Assembly: GCA_051362555.1 (NCBI GenBank)
Contig: CM120642.1
Location: 26,040,001 to 26,104,000, forward strand
Direction of reading: 5' to 3'
Length of the DNA: 64,000 bases
From: Lingula anatina
Lineage: Eukaryota; Animalia; Brachiopoda
Numbering within the stretch: position 1 is the stretch's first letter; every line of letters starts with the position of its first letter. Below are positions 28,401 to 40,984 of the stretch, piece by piece. A model generated the notes under the pieces. The model made no database searches. It was not told where the DNA came from and worked only from the letters and a program-made list of their open reading frames with translations. The position numbers and the translations under genes are program-made.

Positions 28401-29273
28401 TACATGCAGATTTACTGGATTAGGAGTTCGTGGTTTGTAGCGCTGTGCTCATGGCTGCTAATTCTATGTTCATGAAATTGTGATTTGAGTCATTAATTTG
28501 GGCATTTGTGTTCACAAATATGAAGTTCGAATTTGCAAATGGCTAATCGGCTTATAAGGCCTGTTCACACAAGGCTCATTGGTACCAAAATGTGGTCTTA
28601 ATTGCACCATCAGATGACCAGGTTCCACAGAGAAAGTCTGAGGATCTGTTAAGGTGGTTCATACCCAGTTGATTATGTAAATTCTTTTTCACTGAAATTA
28701 TTACTTGTAATAGTTTTGTTTTGAATGCAATTTATGATTTTGCTAATTGTGATACTTTGTATGCTGTGCCAGTCCACTCCATGTTGTTTAACTTATATTT
28801 ATGTTGGATAAGATGTGACTTTTCCTCACCTGCTACCCAAACCATTATTGCATGTGATAAAAATCCACCTAGTCTTGTTTACCAGAGTATCATATGTAAG
28901 AAACGAAACGAGATAATTCCTGTAATTGCACCTGAGATGTTGAGAGATGATTGTTGCATGTGGTAACTGAGACTAGCAATATAGCTGTACTGGGATAACA
29001 CTAACACTCACCAATTTAGCCTCATGCTAAAACTGACTTAAATTGGCTAAACAAAAAAGGCTTGATTTGATTTGTTTTAGTCAAATGATAACCATTTGGA
29101 TAACAAATTGGCAAAAAGTGGTGCTTTGGCTAAGCAAAAAAAGAAAAAAAAATTGCTAGCGCTATGCCCGTAATATATGTATTTATATATGATGGTCTTT
29201 GTCTGACCTCTCCAGCTTTGTGTCCAGTGCAGTGATGGCATAATGGCAAAAGTCCTAAAAAGGTGTCTGCACA

Positions 29274-29338
<65 letters not shown>

Positions 29339-32300
29339 GAGAGAGAAAAGAGAAGGAATGGGTATGTGTGCATTTGTGTGATTGTGTACTTGAGTCTGTG
29401 CATGCATGTGTGTGAAGACAGTGTGAGAGGTAGAAAGTTAGTGAAAGAGTGAGAGAGAGAGACGGACATTTTCTAAAAAAATCCTTAAGCCATTCTCTCG
29501 TATATTCTACCAGAAAAAAGAAGTGGTCTGGCAAAATGTAGTGAAAAAGCTAAATGAAATGAAGTACTGAGTTGTTGTGGGATCCCAGAGGTATTGACGT
29601 GCTTAGAACGTAGGCAGTGTTTTAATTTTGTTCTTGTGGCATGATGATATTTCTTTGCACGGTAATATGTCTCTTATAGTCTAGACTTTGAAATAGCATG
29701 ACTGGGAAAGAGGTCCCAATTTTTCCATCCACAATATAACACTTGACTAATGAACCTGATTAGAGAACATAATGAAGTGCAAGAATTGCTTTGATTTTCG
29801 TAAGATATATCAACGGCACTATGTGAAACTTAATGGCTCTTTGAATGATTAAGGTACAGGAAGGAGAACAAGGCCATGTGATTAATGCTCGTCCCAGATA
29901 TAGGTTTAGAGTATACTGCTGCAGGACTAAATGTGTACAGATTAAAAAGGTATTCAAGTAGTGTAGGAAGTAAGATTGGCAATTAGACCAACCAGCAAGA
30001 AGGAAGGCAAGCAAGAGACAGACGGACAGACACGCAAACAGACAGACAGACCAGTCAACACCTAGTTTGTTTCCAATATTTTTTAAATTTTTCAAATATA
30101 TGACAGTGTGAAAGACATGTTTCATTTGGATGGAAGTTGTTTGAAATGGAAACAATTAATGAATAAAAAGGAATTTTAGCATGCAGGTAAATATAGTAAA
30201 GAGAACTGGTTACTAATGATGGTTTGGTGGACCCTGCCTCTAACTGTCAGTTTAATGTTTTGTTTTGGGTTTGAACTGGCAGAAATTATTCCCATAAATA
30301 AGTTGTTTCTCATTTGACCATTAAAGATATTTTACAGTATGCTTCAGAATAATTTTGGTTTGACCATATCATTCCAGCTTTATGGCTGAAAAGAGAAGCA
30401 TTAGTCTGTCGTATAAATGTTATATTTAAAAACATAATCTCAGTACTAGTATATTGTTTTCTCCTACAGGCATATGTTCCACAAGTCCTGCGTTGATCCA
30501 TGGCTACTGGAACAGCGGAGTTGTCCTATCTGCAAGACGGATATACTCAAGGCTTATGGTGTGCAGGTAGGCTGTCAACAAACTATGATAACCATCTATT
30601 GTATTTTATTAAATTTTTCATTGATAAAGTGATTGGTTTATCAATTAATTATTGTTTTTTTGACAAATTGGCAAAAAATACCTTTAACAAGCAGAAACAC
30701 TTGGTCCTGTAGACCAGGATATTGTATAGAAAATTAAGTAGATTAGAAAATATATATAGAGAGAGATTCCTTAGCCATCTATTTTTTATGGACACTGTAC
30801 AGTCAGATTTTTTTTATAGAAATGTGATATTTAACAGGTGACTAATTCATATCACGCACTCACCTGTATATTACATGGACCAGATTTCGGTAATTGCACA
30901 ACATGAATGCACCTACATATAATTTCCTCAAGCTATGTGCCAAGGGAGACTAGAAGTTATGAAACCTGGGAGGCTGGTCTGGGAAAGATTTCAAGACATA
31001 TTTTTCTTCTTGTTTGCTTGGCACGTCATGTTGTTGGCAAATCCTGTAGGGTTTTGAATGTTAGGCTGCTTAGTGTGTGTGGGTTTAATCGCATTATGTT
31101 TTTAGCATCAGTCCTGATTTAGTTTAGAACTGGTTTAGTAGTGTTAATTGCAGATAACTTGGTGCCATCCAATCAGTGTGCTAGAAAAGTAGATCTATTG
31201 TTGAGAGGTTCAGCAGATTTGTGGTGAACAGATTTGGTTAAAATGTCCACAAGGGGTAAATGAATTGTAGTCAACATTGGCTGAGTGAATTGTGGTTGTC
31301 ATTGGCTGAGTGAATTGTAGTCAACATGTTGTTAACAAGGGCAAAGGAAGATGATGATGATGTTGATGATGATGATAATTGTCAAAACTAAATACTAATA
31401 GGTAAATTATGTGAAACGCTGTGTGAATTGTAGTCAACACTGGCCAAGTGAATTGTAGTCAACACTTGGTGAGAAAGTTGTAGTCAGCATTGTCAACATT
31501 GAATGCAAACATTCTGCGCAACACTGGGTAAGTGGCTCATGTTCAGCACTGGGTAAGTGAATCATAGTCAACACAGGGTACGTTGTAGTCAGTATGTGAA
31601 GATTGTCAACACTGAATGGGCAAATAATAGTCAACATTGCAGGGTAAACAATGGTTAATGCAGATTGGATGAATTGTAGTGGATGCATTATGTTAGTACA
31701 GAGCCTTAGTAGTATTGTATGCCAAAACTTATTCAGTACCAGTCAAAAAGAAATCATAAACAGGATTTTTGTTAGTAAAATATTATCAGTGAAAGGTTTC
31801 CCAAACAATTTTTGGAAAACTAAATGAAACTCAAGCATGTTTAAATATACCTCTTAAATATGATTCAAGACCTGTTTTTTTTTTTTTTTCACATGGCTAA
31901 ATGATTGAATTAAAGTGAGCAACCACCAGCAGCAGCAGCAGTAGCACAAAAACAATTTAAGATTATTATGTGAACTTTATGTGAACAGAACCCGTTAGAT
32001 CTTCCAGGCTCAGGTGCAAAGGAATAGCTTTTTAGCATGCAGTGTATGGGCCTCCGGTTATGAAATGATGGATCGTAATGTTATACTTAATATTGGAAGG
32101 TCAGCACTGTCACGTTGTACGAACGAATGTTTAATGGAAATGTAAGGAGCTATATTGATTTCTTTATTTTTTGCTTGGAAAGTAAGAATGTTTTCATTCT
32201 TTATGACATAATTTTCTTTTTGAGGGGAAATATTCTTTGCCATTGTTTTTTTGTGTTGCATCGAAATGTGACAAAGACGTGATAATGTAATGAAGCTCTC

Positions 32301-35300
32301 ACTCCTCTAACATTGGTTTGCTTAAGCACATACAGACAAACAAAAATTCTTAACAGTATTATGAGACCCTTCAGTAATGTTGGAATAATTTCAAGAAAAT
32401 GGCCATAGGATAGAATAGAATATTTGGCCTTTTTTGACTGTCAGAATATTTTCTGAGATTACGTCCAATGCTTTGCGCTTTCCTTTGCTATAATAATTGT
32501 GATGTTTAGACCACCTTAATGATCCCCTTCCATTAGGAGCATTTCCAGTGTTCCAAGCATGTAACAATTTTCCACTCAACCCACCAATTTTCTGCTCAAC
32601 CATACTGATATAACTTGTGTTTCAGCACATATGTACAGGTTTTCAGTCTCACAAACATATTTTCATGAGTTGCTTAATCATGGAATGTGATCTTACTGTC
32701 TGTCACGTTGCAAACACGCAAATCAATTCTTCTCTCCACAAAGTAGTCCTCTAATACGTTGTTGATTGTTGCATTGGTAAAACTGTCTAGTTCATAGAAA
32801 CCCAGTTGTTGATATCATATATCTTCCCATTTCATAATTCTCCGTCTTAAGTTTTTTTTTACTCTTTTAATTCTCAGCGTCTTGCCAATAAAAGGCACAC
32901 TATTGGTTCTTAGAAGATGGGATGTTGTTGTTCATATAAAGCTTAGTTGAATGTGAATGCCATGTTTTGGAATTGGAATCCGGATATCATCTGAAGGTTT
33001 TATGTGGCTCATCACCAATTTGTCAAGCTGATTAATTGTCGGAAATCATAGAAGAAATTTCCTGGAGGTCACATGATGTTATTGACAAAGGAAAGCAAAA
33101 TAATTCATCAGTTCCAAGAATTTTACAGATGGTGTGATTTGTAATGCATTGTTAAATCCTGCAGGCTATTTGGGTGCATGGTGTCTTGTATCGATTTGGT
33201 GTCATTTATGTCATTCTTTTATGTCTTCAAAGTGTAAATGAAGAAAATGGCCACTGAAAAAGGGAACAGTTAATCATGGACAGTCACATGAAGTTTGTGT
33301 CCACACATTCATAAATCTATATTTGATAATCTTCAAGTTTTTCCTTTTTACAGAAATTTAAGCATTACTGTAACTTAAATGTTTTTTTTTTTCCCACTGT
33401 GTTGATATTCCTACCATGTAACAGCTCAGCTGTCTCTAAGCCTTTATTTTTTTGAATGTGGGAAAGATAATTTTTTACGAACCAAAATTCGAAAGGTAGT
33501 ATGTCATAAAAGAATTTAAAATGGAATACGAGTTACTTATGTTCTATAGCATTTATGCAGAGAGCAAGCTATAAGATGAGAATTCTAAATGCCACACTTT
33601 TATGAAAAGGCAATATTTTGGTTGACTGATCTCTTGGGCTCAACACAAACTGCTCCTTCATTAAAATACTGTAACCATTTTTCTCTCATCTGTCATCAAA
33701 TCAGTCTGTTTTAATTTTCCATAGGGCCTGACCAATAGAAATTATCTGTACATTTCACTTGCATGCAAGGTGTCTTGTAATTTGTGCCATGGAGGTTTTT
33801 ACCCACACACAACCAATTAGAGTTGTCAGCCAACTTGAAGTAGACCACAGATGCGTCATCATTTCTATCAGTTAGCCAATCAGAGACAAATTGAATGTAA
33901 GTCAACGTCCTTTGCCTCTCTATGTCATAAGAACCCCACCTGATTATGTATAAAATCGAGAACTCGGCGCATTGTCTGACTGCTGGCCAGTAGACCAATT
34001 AGCTCTCCAGGTTGGTTTCTGGTGAACTGCTGGTCCAGGAACAGTAAATCAAATATGCAATCGATATTTCATATGGTATCTGAAGGTACTGAGACTGGCT
34101 GTGAAGGACGCTTGACCCATGTTGATGTTGTTATTGAACGGTACAAGTGCATGATTTCATATCAAATAACATCATCATGTCTGCATGAAATCAATAAAAG
34201 TTCATCCTTCTAGTCTTACTGAAATCGTCCTTCTTTGATTATATAAAGCATGATTTCACAGGGTTATTAGATGCAAAAGATACTTTTATTGAAGGATCTG
34301 TATGCAGTCGGACAGTCATTTGATTACAATATCTAACCATGGAGAGCCAATTGAACTCCCACGTTGTCCCGCCTACTGCCATTTGTATCGCGTTCAGTCC
34401 CATGTTGTTCGAAGTGTTGAGGATGATTAGAAACGTTTATGAGGATAGCTACCGAGTCAAGCCATCACAGCTTGCCTGTTAATGGACCACATTTCCATTG
34501 CATACTAGTTAAAATACAGGCCTCTCGTCTCAACTGACCAGCAAATTGAATATGAAATGCCAGATTTAGTTTTGAATTGAATGACCTCATCAATTCACTT
34601 TTCCAAAGATAGAGCATCAAAATTGTAATTGTTTTAGCCTCATGAGGTACAGTGTAGTATCTGTGAAAATGGTGAGGTTTCTGATGGATCCTACTGACCT
34701 GAGGGCTTAATATTTAATGGTGGCATATATTAAACAGTGTATTGTGTTTTCAATACTCAATGCTCAAAACGGTACAGATCCAATTATTAACAACGTAATA
34801 ATAGGTATTACTATACCCATGAATATCTGGTGATCAATAAGCAGAAATAATAAGCAGAAATAGTGATAGTAATAGTCAGACAGTAATATATATGTATTAT
34901 ATATCTTCAATTGTTTACATCATCTGAAAGCTTCTACAGATTATCGTGACTCAAGTTTCTGTACAGTAAAAACCTTGAATACTCTTGGCTAAATACTTTC
35001 TGTTATCTTTCCAAATTCTAAAATGTTCTTTATTAGTTATTTTGATTATCACAACACAACCTTACTCTTTAACTTGCTGGAACCTATCCTGAGTATTTAC
35101 GTATTTTCACAAGATGATCGGAGTAATAAAATTGTAGACATGTAAAGGCAAAGTTAAGTATAGAGGTTACAGGGCTTGTGTTTCTCTTATAAATGAGTCT
35201 GAATAACATTCACATTGGTCAGTAAAACTGTTTGCAGTAAAAGCTGAAGTCTCTAGTCACGATTTGCTTAACACATCCAAGCCTGAAATAACTTTGCATT

Positions 35301-36205
35301 TTTCACAAGGTTCTGATTTTTGTGTTTGTATGTCCCATCTGTTGTGTTCGAGAAAACTTGGTGTTGCTGCCTGAAATGAAGTCAAAATTTAGTTTACCTG
35401 AATGCTGTTATGGGTGATCTAGCCGATAAGGTTTTTCTTTGGCTTTAGAAAGATATATTACCTGTGCCAGGTGCAAACTGAGTTGGGTAGGTTCTGATAA
35501 CTCTGGAACATGTATTTTCACCTTGCTACTTTTAAGTAAAGAGCTTAGCCCTAGATCTGTTGGCTGATAGAAAGACTAATTACCACTTCAGCCATTGCCA
35601 TAGTTACATTTTTTATGGGGGAGGTTTTATTGACTACTTAATGATGTCTTTTTTCCCCCAGGAGGGAGATCATCCAATAGATCAATCCTCGGATTCAAAG
35701 ATCCGAGGCATCACTTCCATATGCTATCATTAATTATTATATTATCTGTTAGGGATATTAACTTTCATTTTGCTATTTCCAGGTAAAAGGCCTCCCCCAG
35801 GACTCATCAACAGATGTCGAGGCTCCAGCCACCACAGCTGAAGCCTCCACAGGACTGTCTGGCGGGGGCCCGGGGTTGGTGGAAAGAACAGAGAGTGGGG
35901 TACAGATAGTACGAATACACCCACCCATAGTTCAGCTCCACCATCCTAGCCCAGGGCACCTGGCCGAAGACATTGTGGTGAGTCACACAGGTGGGCCTGA
36001 GAGGGAGGAGGAGGAGGCAGAGGATGAGGAGGAGGAGGAAGAAGAGAGAGCGGCAACTAAATTGCAGTCCACACCCAGCATGGAGTGCTTACTTAAAAAT
36101 CAACTGGACGAGGAGGATGGAAGGAAGACAACGGAGGAAGAGGGCAAGGTGCAGGATGAGGAAGAGGAGGAAGAAGGAGAGGATTTTCCTGTGACAAAGA
36201 ACTGA
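10759..36205 (+). CDS. gol: Goliath / RNF130-RNF150-family PA-TM-RING-H2 E3 ubiquitin ligase (whole gene, ~477 aa)
   Basis: join(10759..11260,24569..24825,25785..25856,27635..27717,30470..30566,35783..36205); all introns GT-AG, phases consistent (1434 nt). Signal peptide, PA domain ([15 protein letters not shown]), TM ([34 protein letters not shown]), RING-H2. Confidence 0.93.
11391..11462 (-). mobile_element. tRNA-derived SINE-like head, copy 1 (degenerate)
   Basis: Minus strand: A-box-like aagctctgtggtag and B-box-like ggtttgatccc, followed by caggtgtttt. Confidence 0.5.
11577..11648 (-). mobile_element. tRNA-derived SINE-like head, copy 2
   Basis: Minus strand: ggctcaaTAGTTCAGTGGtagagc...GGTTTAATCC, followed by caggtgtttc. 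Confidence 0.55.
12938..13025. repeat. 43-bp tandem duplication
   Basis: caatgcaaggtcaaaaatacatatttc(c/t)gactttctgattgtt x2. Confidence 0.9.
13411..13458. repeat. (TA)n microsatellite
   Basis: About 24 TA units. Confidence 0.9.
15176..15413. mobile_element. MITE with perfect 17-bp TIRs
   Basis: agcctaggtcccaactg ... cagttgggacctaggct in TA/TTAA context; CpG-rich interior in a CpG-poor intron. Confidence 0.85.
18223..18437 (+). mobile_element. 215-bp MITE family A copy 1 (PIF/Harbinger-like)
   Basis: Imperfect TIRs ggctctattcccatagat / atctatggaaatggggtg; 3-bp ATA on both flanks; homologous to 25901-26115. Confidence 0.8.
21161..21386 (+). mobile_element. MITE family A related copy with long internal inverted repeat
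   Basis: ggatcgatctatctccgagggg pairs with cccctcggagatgaatcgatcc; shares cctact..agctg..agggggtaattaa core with 18223-18437. Confidence 0.7.
24569..24825 (+). CDS. gol: Goliath exon 2: end of PA domain and TM helix
   Basis: tttcag|TG acceptor, ACG|GTGAGT donor; [33 protein letters not shown]. Confidence 0.95.
24952..25470. mobile_element. Composite palindromic element (two long hairpins plus an internal direct repeat)
   Basis: Arms 24973-25072 / 25107-25206; second hairpin ~25246-25409; 25181-25237 repeated at ~25414-25470. Confidence 0.7.
25785..25856 (+). CDS. gol: Goliath exon 3
   Basis: [24 protein letters not shown]; tttcag| and |GTAAGA; 72 nt. Confidence 0.93.
25901..26115 (-). mobile_element. 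215-bp MITE family A copy 2 (inverted relative to copy 1)
   Basis: gactgcattcccatag ... ctgtgggaatggggcc; TAA on both flanks; reverse complement of 18223-18437. Confidence 0.82.
27635..27717 (+). CDS. gol: Goliath exon 4: first half of RING-H2
   Basis: [28 protein letters not shown]; ttttag| and AG|GTAGAG; absent from ORF track. Confidence 0.93.
27785..28563. mobile_element. Non-autonomous DNA transposon with CAGGCC termini and ~100-bp imperfect TIRs (hAT-like)
   Basis: gaatgcccaaattaatgact..aatcacaattt pairs with aaattgtgatttgagtcattaatttgggcattt; ends caggcctcatga / ttataaggcctg; no clean TSD. Confidence 0.65.
29277..29333. repeat. (GT)n microsatellite
   Basis: About 28 GT units. Confidence 0.95.
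30470..30566 (+). CDS. gol: Goliath exon 5: second half of RING-H2
   Basis: [32 protein letters not shown]; ctacag| and CAG|GTAGG. Confidence 0.95.
31261..31682. repeat. Degenerate ~25-bp minisatellite
   Basis: Recurrent gtgaattgtagtcaacactggc-like units, interrupted by a (GAT)n run. Confidence 0.75.
35783..36205 (+). CDS. gol: Goliath exon 6: disordered acidic C-terminal tail
   Basis: tttccag|GTA AAA GGC.., in frame with ORF 35876..36205; poly-Glu; TGA stop. Confidence 0.8.
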   Translation, partial: VKGLPQDSSTDVEAPATTAEASTGLSGGGPGLVERTESGVQIVRIHPPIVQLHHPSPGHLAEDIVVSHTGGPEREEEEAEDEEEEEEERAATKLQSTPSMECLLKNQLDEEDGRKTTEEEGKVQDEEEEEEGEDFPVTKN

Positions 36206-39200
36206 TTATCGTTGGAGAAGTTAACTAACACGTAGGGTGGAGTATTTGAACTCTTTGAAGTCTTTAATATTGAATTTGTTGGATGTCAGGAAGGAATTCC
36301 AGACAGGATGAAGGGAAAGAAATTAATGAAGAGAGGACGGGATAAAGATGTAACGGATTTAATGTGATAATTAAGTATTGTGAGAGAACCTTCACAAGAC
36401 AGGGCACTGTAGTTGTCTTTAAAGAGTTAAATTTTCAATATTGAGCATTTATGTAGTGTTAAGTATAGATATTTGACTTGGAAGTTTTTTAATGACTGTA
36501 AACAGACTGATGTGACTCTTAAGTCAAATTACAGTGATATTCTGTAATAGCCTTCGAGGAGACAAAATAGCTTGTAAAACAGAAATATAGGTGGTAAATG
36601 AAATGCTATTGTATAATTTTATGATGAAATATGAAATGTATATGCCATTTTGAAAACAAGGTGTAGTGATACATGCAGAAAAGTGTGCACTGCATGTTGA
36701 TCAATCATGTTAATGCCATATTGGAAATATAGTGCAGTGTTACAAGCAGAGAAAAAAAGTGGATACATGTACTTCAGTTTGTTAAGTGAATGCTGGTTAG
36801 AGACAGGGTAGTGTAGCTCAGCAAAGTGAACAATATGTGTTGTTTTTATCACAATAGCCAGTTGGTGTCATATTGGAGACTACACGCATTACCGTATATT
36901 TCAGTGTACACTGTCCACAGCACCACTGGATGGATGACAGTACTAATGTTGCTGTTAATAATTTATAGCACATTGCACCAATAGTATCAGCATAATTGTT
37001 ATGGTATTTGGTTATATTGAAATACAGGGTGATGTGAAGTATTGAAAAAGTGCAACAGTTGTGTACATATTCCGAACCCAGACGGATATTTTTGTTTAGT
37101 AATTCAAAAAGAGGAAAACTGAAGGTATTGTTTACCATTAGAATAAAAAAGGAAAAACAAACCCACAGAAGTCACAGGCCCGAGAGTCACACATGAGTTG
37201 AAAGTTGATTGACATACTTGTAGAAAAGGGTATATTATATAGGCTATATTTGAATACTCATTTGATGTACAGATTTTTAGTAGAAAAACTGTAAGGTCAT
37301 GTGTTGATAGGATGTCACTTCTTTAAGGAGTCTACAAGTTCAGATGTCTACATTACTTTTAAGTTATTTTTATATATGTCACATTATTGGGCTATGCCTT
37401 ACCATTTATTGCTTTGCAAGAAGAATTGGAAAGCAGCACACCCCTTTATAAGTTCTTTTCCTTAAAATAATTACCCTTTCTGTAGTCCATCAATGCCATT
37501 GCCTTTTTTTAATATAAGCAAGGGCAAGCTCTATCACATGTCATATGTTTGTAAAAGAAGAATTCCCTTTTTTTCCTAGATTAGACAATAAAAAAAAATT
37601 GAATCAGACTGGATATTTTCTAGATTGCAGATGAATGTAGTCATGGCTTAATATTGAAAATGCATAGCCTGCTGCCTTTCATCTTTGTAACTACTAAATA
37701 ATTACTGTGCATAATTACAACTACAAAAACTTGATCTACATCCCTGCGATTTGCAAACAAGGCAGAAAGTGATGTAAATATACTACATGGTTTATGTGGT
37801 ATCCAGGGCTTAAAAAGATAGGATTTTTGTTTCTTTTTACATAGTTGAAAAAAATCCACAGGTTCAAATGTATGTTTTTCTGATAGCCATTGGAGAATAC
37901 TTTTTGACTTTTTTTATTAGAACTACAAAGACAACTTGGGCTTTAAGCAAAAATGAAATAGTTCCAATTTGAACATGCTTTCAGGTTTGAATAAATAGTA
38001 TGCAGATAAATCTGCTGGTCATGCTTGTTGGATCAAGTTTTAAAGGAATGTGTTCAGACAAGGGGTGGAGGTCGGAGTGAGAAGAGGGGTGGAGTAGGGG
38101 CCAGAAGAAGCTTGTAGAAGTCTAACCTAGCCGGTATTATTATCAATTTTCATCTTTAGGTACAGGCGACTAGAGGGTAAGTCACTGGCCATGCATTGTC
38201 ACCAGGCTGGATTTTACACTAATGACAATATTCTGAAATTGATATAGTGGCATATTCTTCATTATACAGGTGACTTAGCATGTGCAGGAGTACTCTTATT
38301 CCTTTTTTGATCGTTTTGACCTTTTTCTTCTATGTGGACATTCCAGGGGTCATTATGGTCATCCAGTGGTGGCCATCATTATTTATTTCTGGGCAGAGGG
38401 TCATCAGATTATGTAATTTAGAACAAAAACAGGTATTTGAGTTTTTCCAGACACCTCCCAAGGAAAACTGCTTCACACTTAATGCTTGTGGTTGGCATAC
38501 CCACATGCATGATATTTGTTACAGTCATCAAGCCGAAAATTTTCAGCCTTGTGTTATTTTGCAGTCAACCAAATGCTAAAATAATGAATAGCCTATTGAT
38601 TTGTTTTATTTTTTCTGTTAAGGAATTTTGTTTTTGAAGATTAAGATGACAGAACTGAGTCTCAGGCTTTGGGAAGTCATGCAATGTTATTATACCACAT
38701 GGAAAAGTAAAGCCATCTTGGAACAGATCAGGAGATGGGTCTTTGTTTTTTCGTCCTTTTTCAGTGTCGGGGCTAAATTTTGAATATTTTTGAAAAAAAT
38801 TTAAAGCTCAACTTTTTTTTAACCCAATTTCATGTTGGTTTATCTGAAATCTTTATTTAAGGGAAAAGTAATGCTGAGCCGTGTGTTAATGTATTAATAT
38901 ATATATTAATATAATATTATTATGTTAATATATCATTAAATGTTAATATAATATTTTAAAATATATTCTAATATATTAAACCTTAAGATGGAGAGAAGCT
39001 TTCAAATCAAAGATTATAGCTGTGGTCACCAGAGACTAATGTTTCCAGTGGCATGCACCTGACACTCAGGAGATTCAATATTACAAAAGCTTACACAGTG
39101 GTATGGCGCCTCTTCTTTCTTGAGCCTATTACTCAGCTTATTGTCTACACTTCATTTAAACATCAATAAGTATGCAACCAAAATTGCTGCACACAAGCAA

Positions 39201-40953
39201 CAAGACCCATTGGGGTATGCCATCGATGAGCACGATTGAAGTGTGTTTAGGCACGTCAATAATTTCAATGTTAAAAACATTCAAATTATTTCTGGTAATT
39301 GTACCATAATTCGGTCAATGTTTCTATGTAGAGTACTTTTTTCTTCAGAAACTATAAGTGCTCCACAACTGGTTATTGGTGGTAGTTAACATTAGTGTGG
39401 GCTTGTTGATTTCGTAAGAAGTGAACTTGATGATGAAGCAGTCTAGACATGCAGTCAGGCCGTGGCAGCTAGTAGGAAAAGTCGTTCATCATCCTGCTCA
39501 GAGAGAAGCAAGTAAAGATGTGGATAAAAGTCAACTGTGCGTGGAGCCATTTGACTGCACGTGGTGACATTTTTTATTTCAAGCTGCACATGATGAATAT
39601 TGTGTCTCTTGGTACAGTCGGTTTTGTGGTAGCCTTTTTGAATATCAGGGTGCTTGATAATATTAATGATTTATTTTTGAAAGATGCCCCTGCTGGTGGA
39701 GTGAAATATTAGATTCCTGGTATGGTTAAAAGATTAATCTTTTTTCTCCTATTTGCTGTAGCTTACAATAAGTTTAGCTGAGGAAACATCCATATGTCAG
39801 TGCAATGTGCTACTGAAAGATCCCTTGGTTATTGCTTGAGGAAAGATGACATTTATTTTCAAAGTTTATTTAGCAGCTAAAGAGAGAAAACACTATCTGT
39901 TTTAATTGACAGTAACACCTGCTTTGGTAGTATAAATGGGGTTTGGAACATGGTTTCACCTGCAGTGACTTCTGAGGAATTTGTGCTATTATGCTTTTAA
40001 ACAGTGCAGTGTGTGAATGCATAATATAGAACAGTAAAAAAGTGGTATAATACTGTACCTAGGTGATAAAAACCTTATACAATTGTAGTAAGTTATTAAA
40101 ATACATTTGTGAATGTAAAATATAGGTATGAGGTAATAGAATCAACTTGTGCCAGACAAGAATCTGTTCTTGTAATTTACCCTTGTGAATATGGCTGAAG
40201 CAAGCGCAGTATGGCATTCATGATTAAGCAGTGTTATTTTAGAGTTTAAGGAATAGTGTCTGCATGATGTAATGTTGTCTGTTTTTGAACTTGATGTCAA
40301 AAAGCCCTGCTATCTTGTCTTTAACCAGAAAGATATGATTCTTCTCTCAGTCTGTCTCTCAGGGGCCTGTTGTTCTAGATATCTCGAGTGATGGATGACA
40401 TTTCCTTGAACTCTACAGAACTGTGTGCTCAAGTACATCACGAGAACTTCATTCTTTAGAACAGACTAGTCTGTTATTGATCAAGTCTCTTTATGTCATC
40501 ATTTAAGTCATCTGACCGAACCCTCCCACCCTGACTCTCAGAGCCTTTTGGTAACTACCCTCTGTGGCCAATGTGATAATTATGATTGTCAGCTGTTTAT
40601 GGCTATGGAAGTCAATTCCCACTTGACTCTGGTCCTCAGGGTGATTTAGCCATTCTTGTTCAAGAATTGCACCTAGAAATCCAGTAGGAAAATAGGTCCC
40701 CTGCCTCTGACATTATAACTGATGAGGTAAATGGAGCACTTGGGTTGGTGTGATGATTGAAGAAGATTAGCAAAATAAATGTCTGCCAGAGGACCAAAAT
40801 ACACACTGTTCCAATGTTCTAAGTTGGTATGGCAAAAGTACAGCATCCACATGTTTATTTGGCAAGATGGTGATAATGATAGAGCAGTCAAGCTGCACTT
40901 TGGGCTTTATTTTACCCAGATTGGTGCACGCACATGCAAACACACACACACAA

Positions 40954-40984
<31 letters not shown>

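Noticed and set aside
31261-31682. CRISPR-like repeat array
   Set aside because: Degenerate head-to-tail units without unique spacers, in a eukaryotic intron, no cas genes
32391-34560. Nested antisense gene in Goliath intron 5 (ORFs 33711-33998, 32391-32603)
   Set aside because: Short ORFs with no recognisable motif or splice chain; BLASTX needed to exclude a decayed element
38885-38985. Nearly pure A/T tract
   Set aside because: Low-complexity sequence with no supportable function
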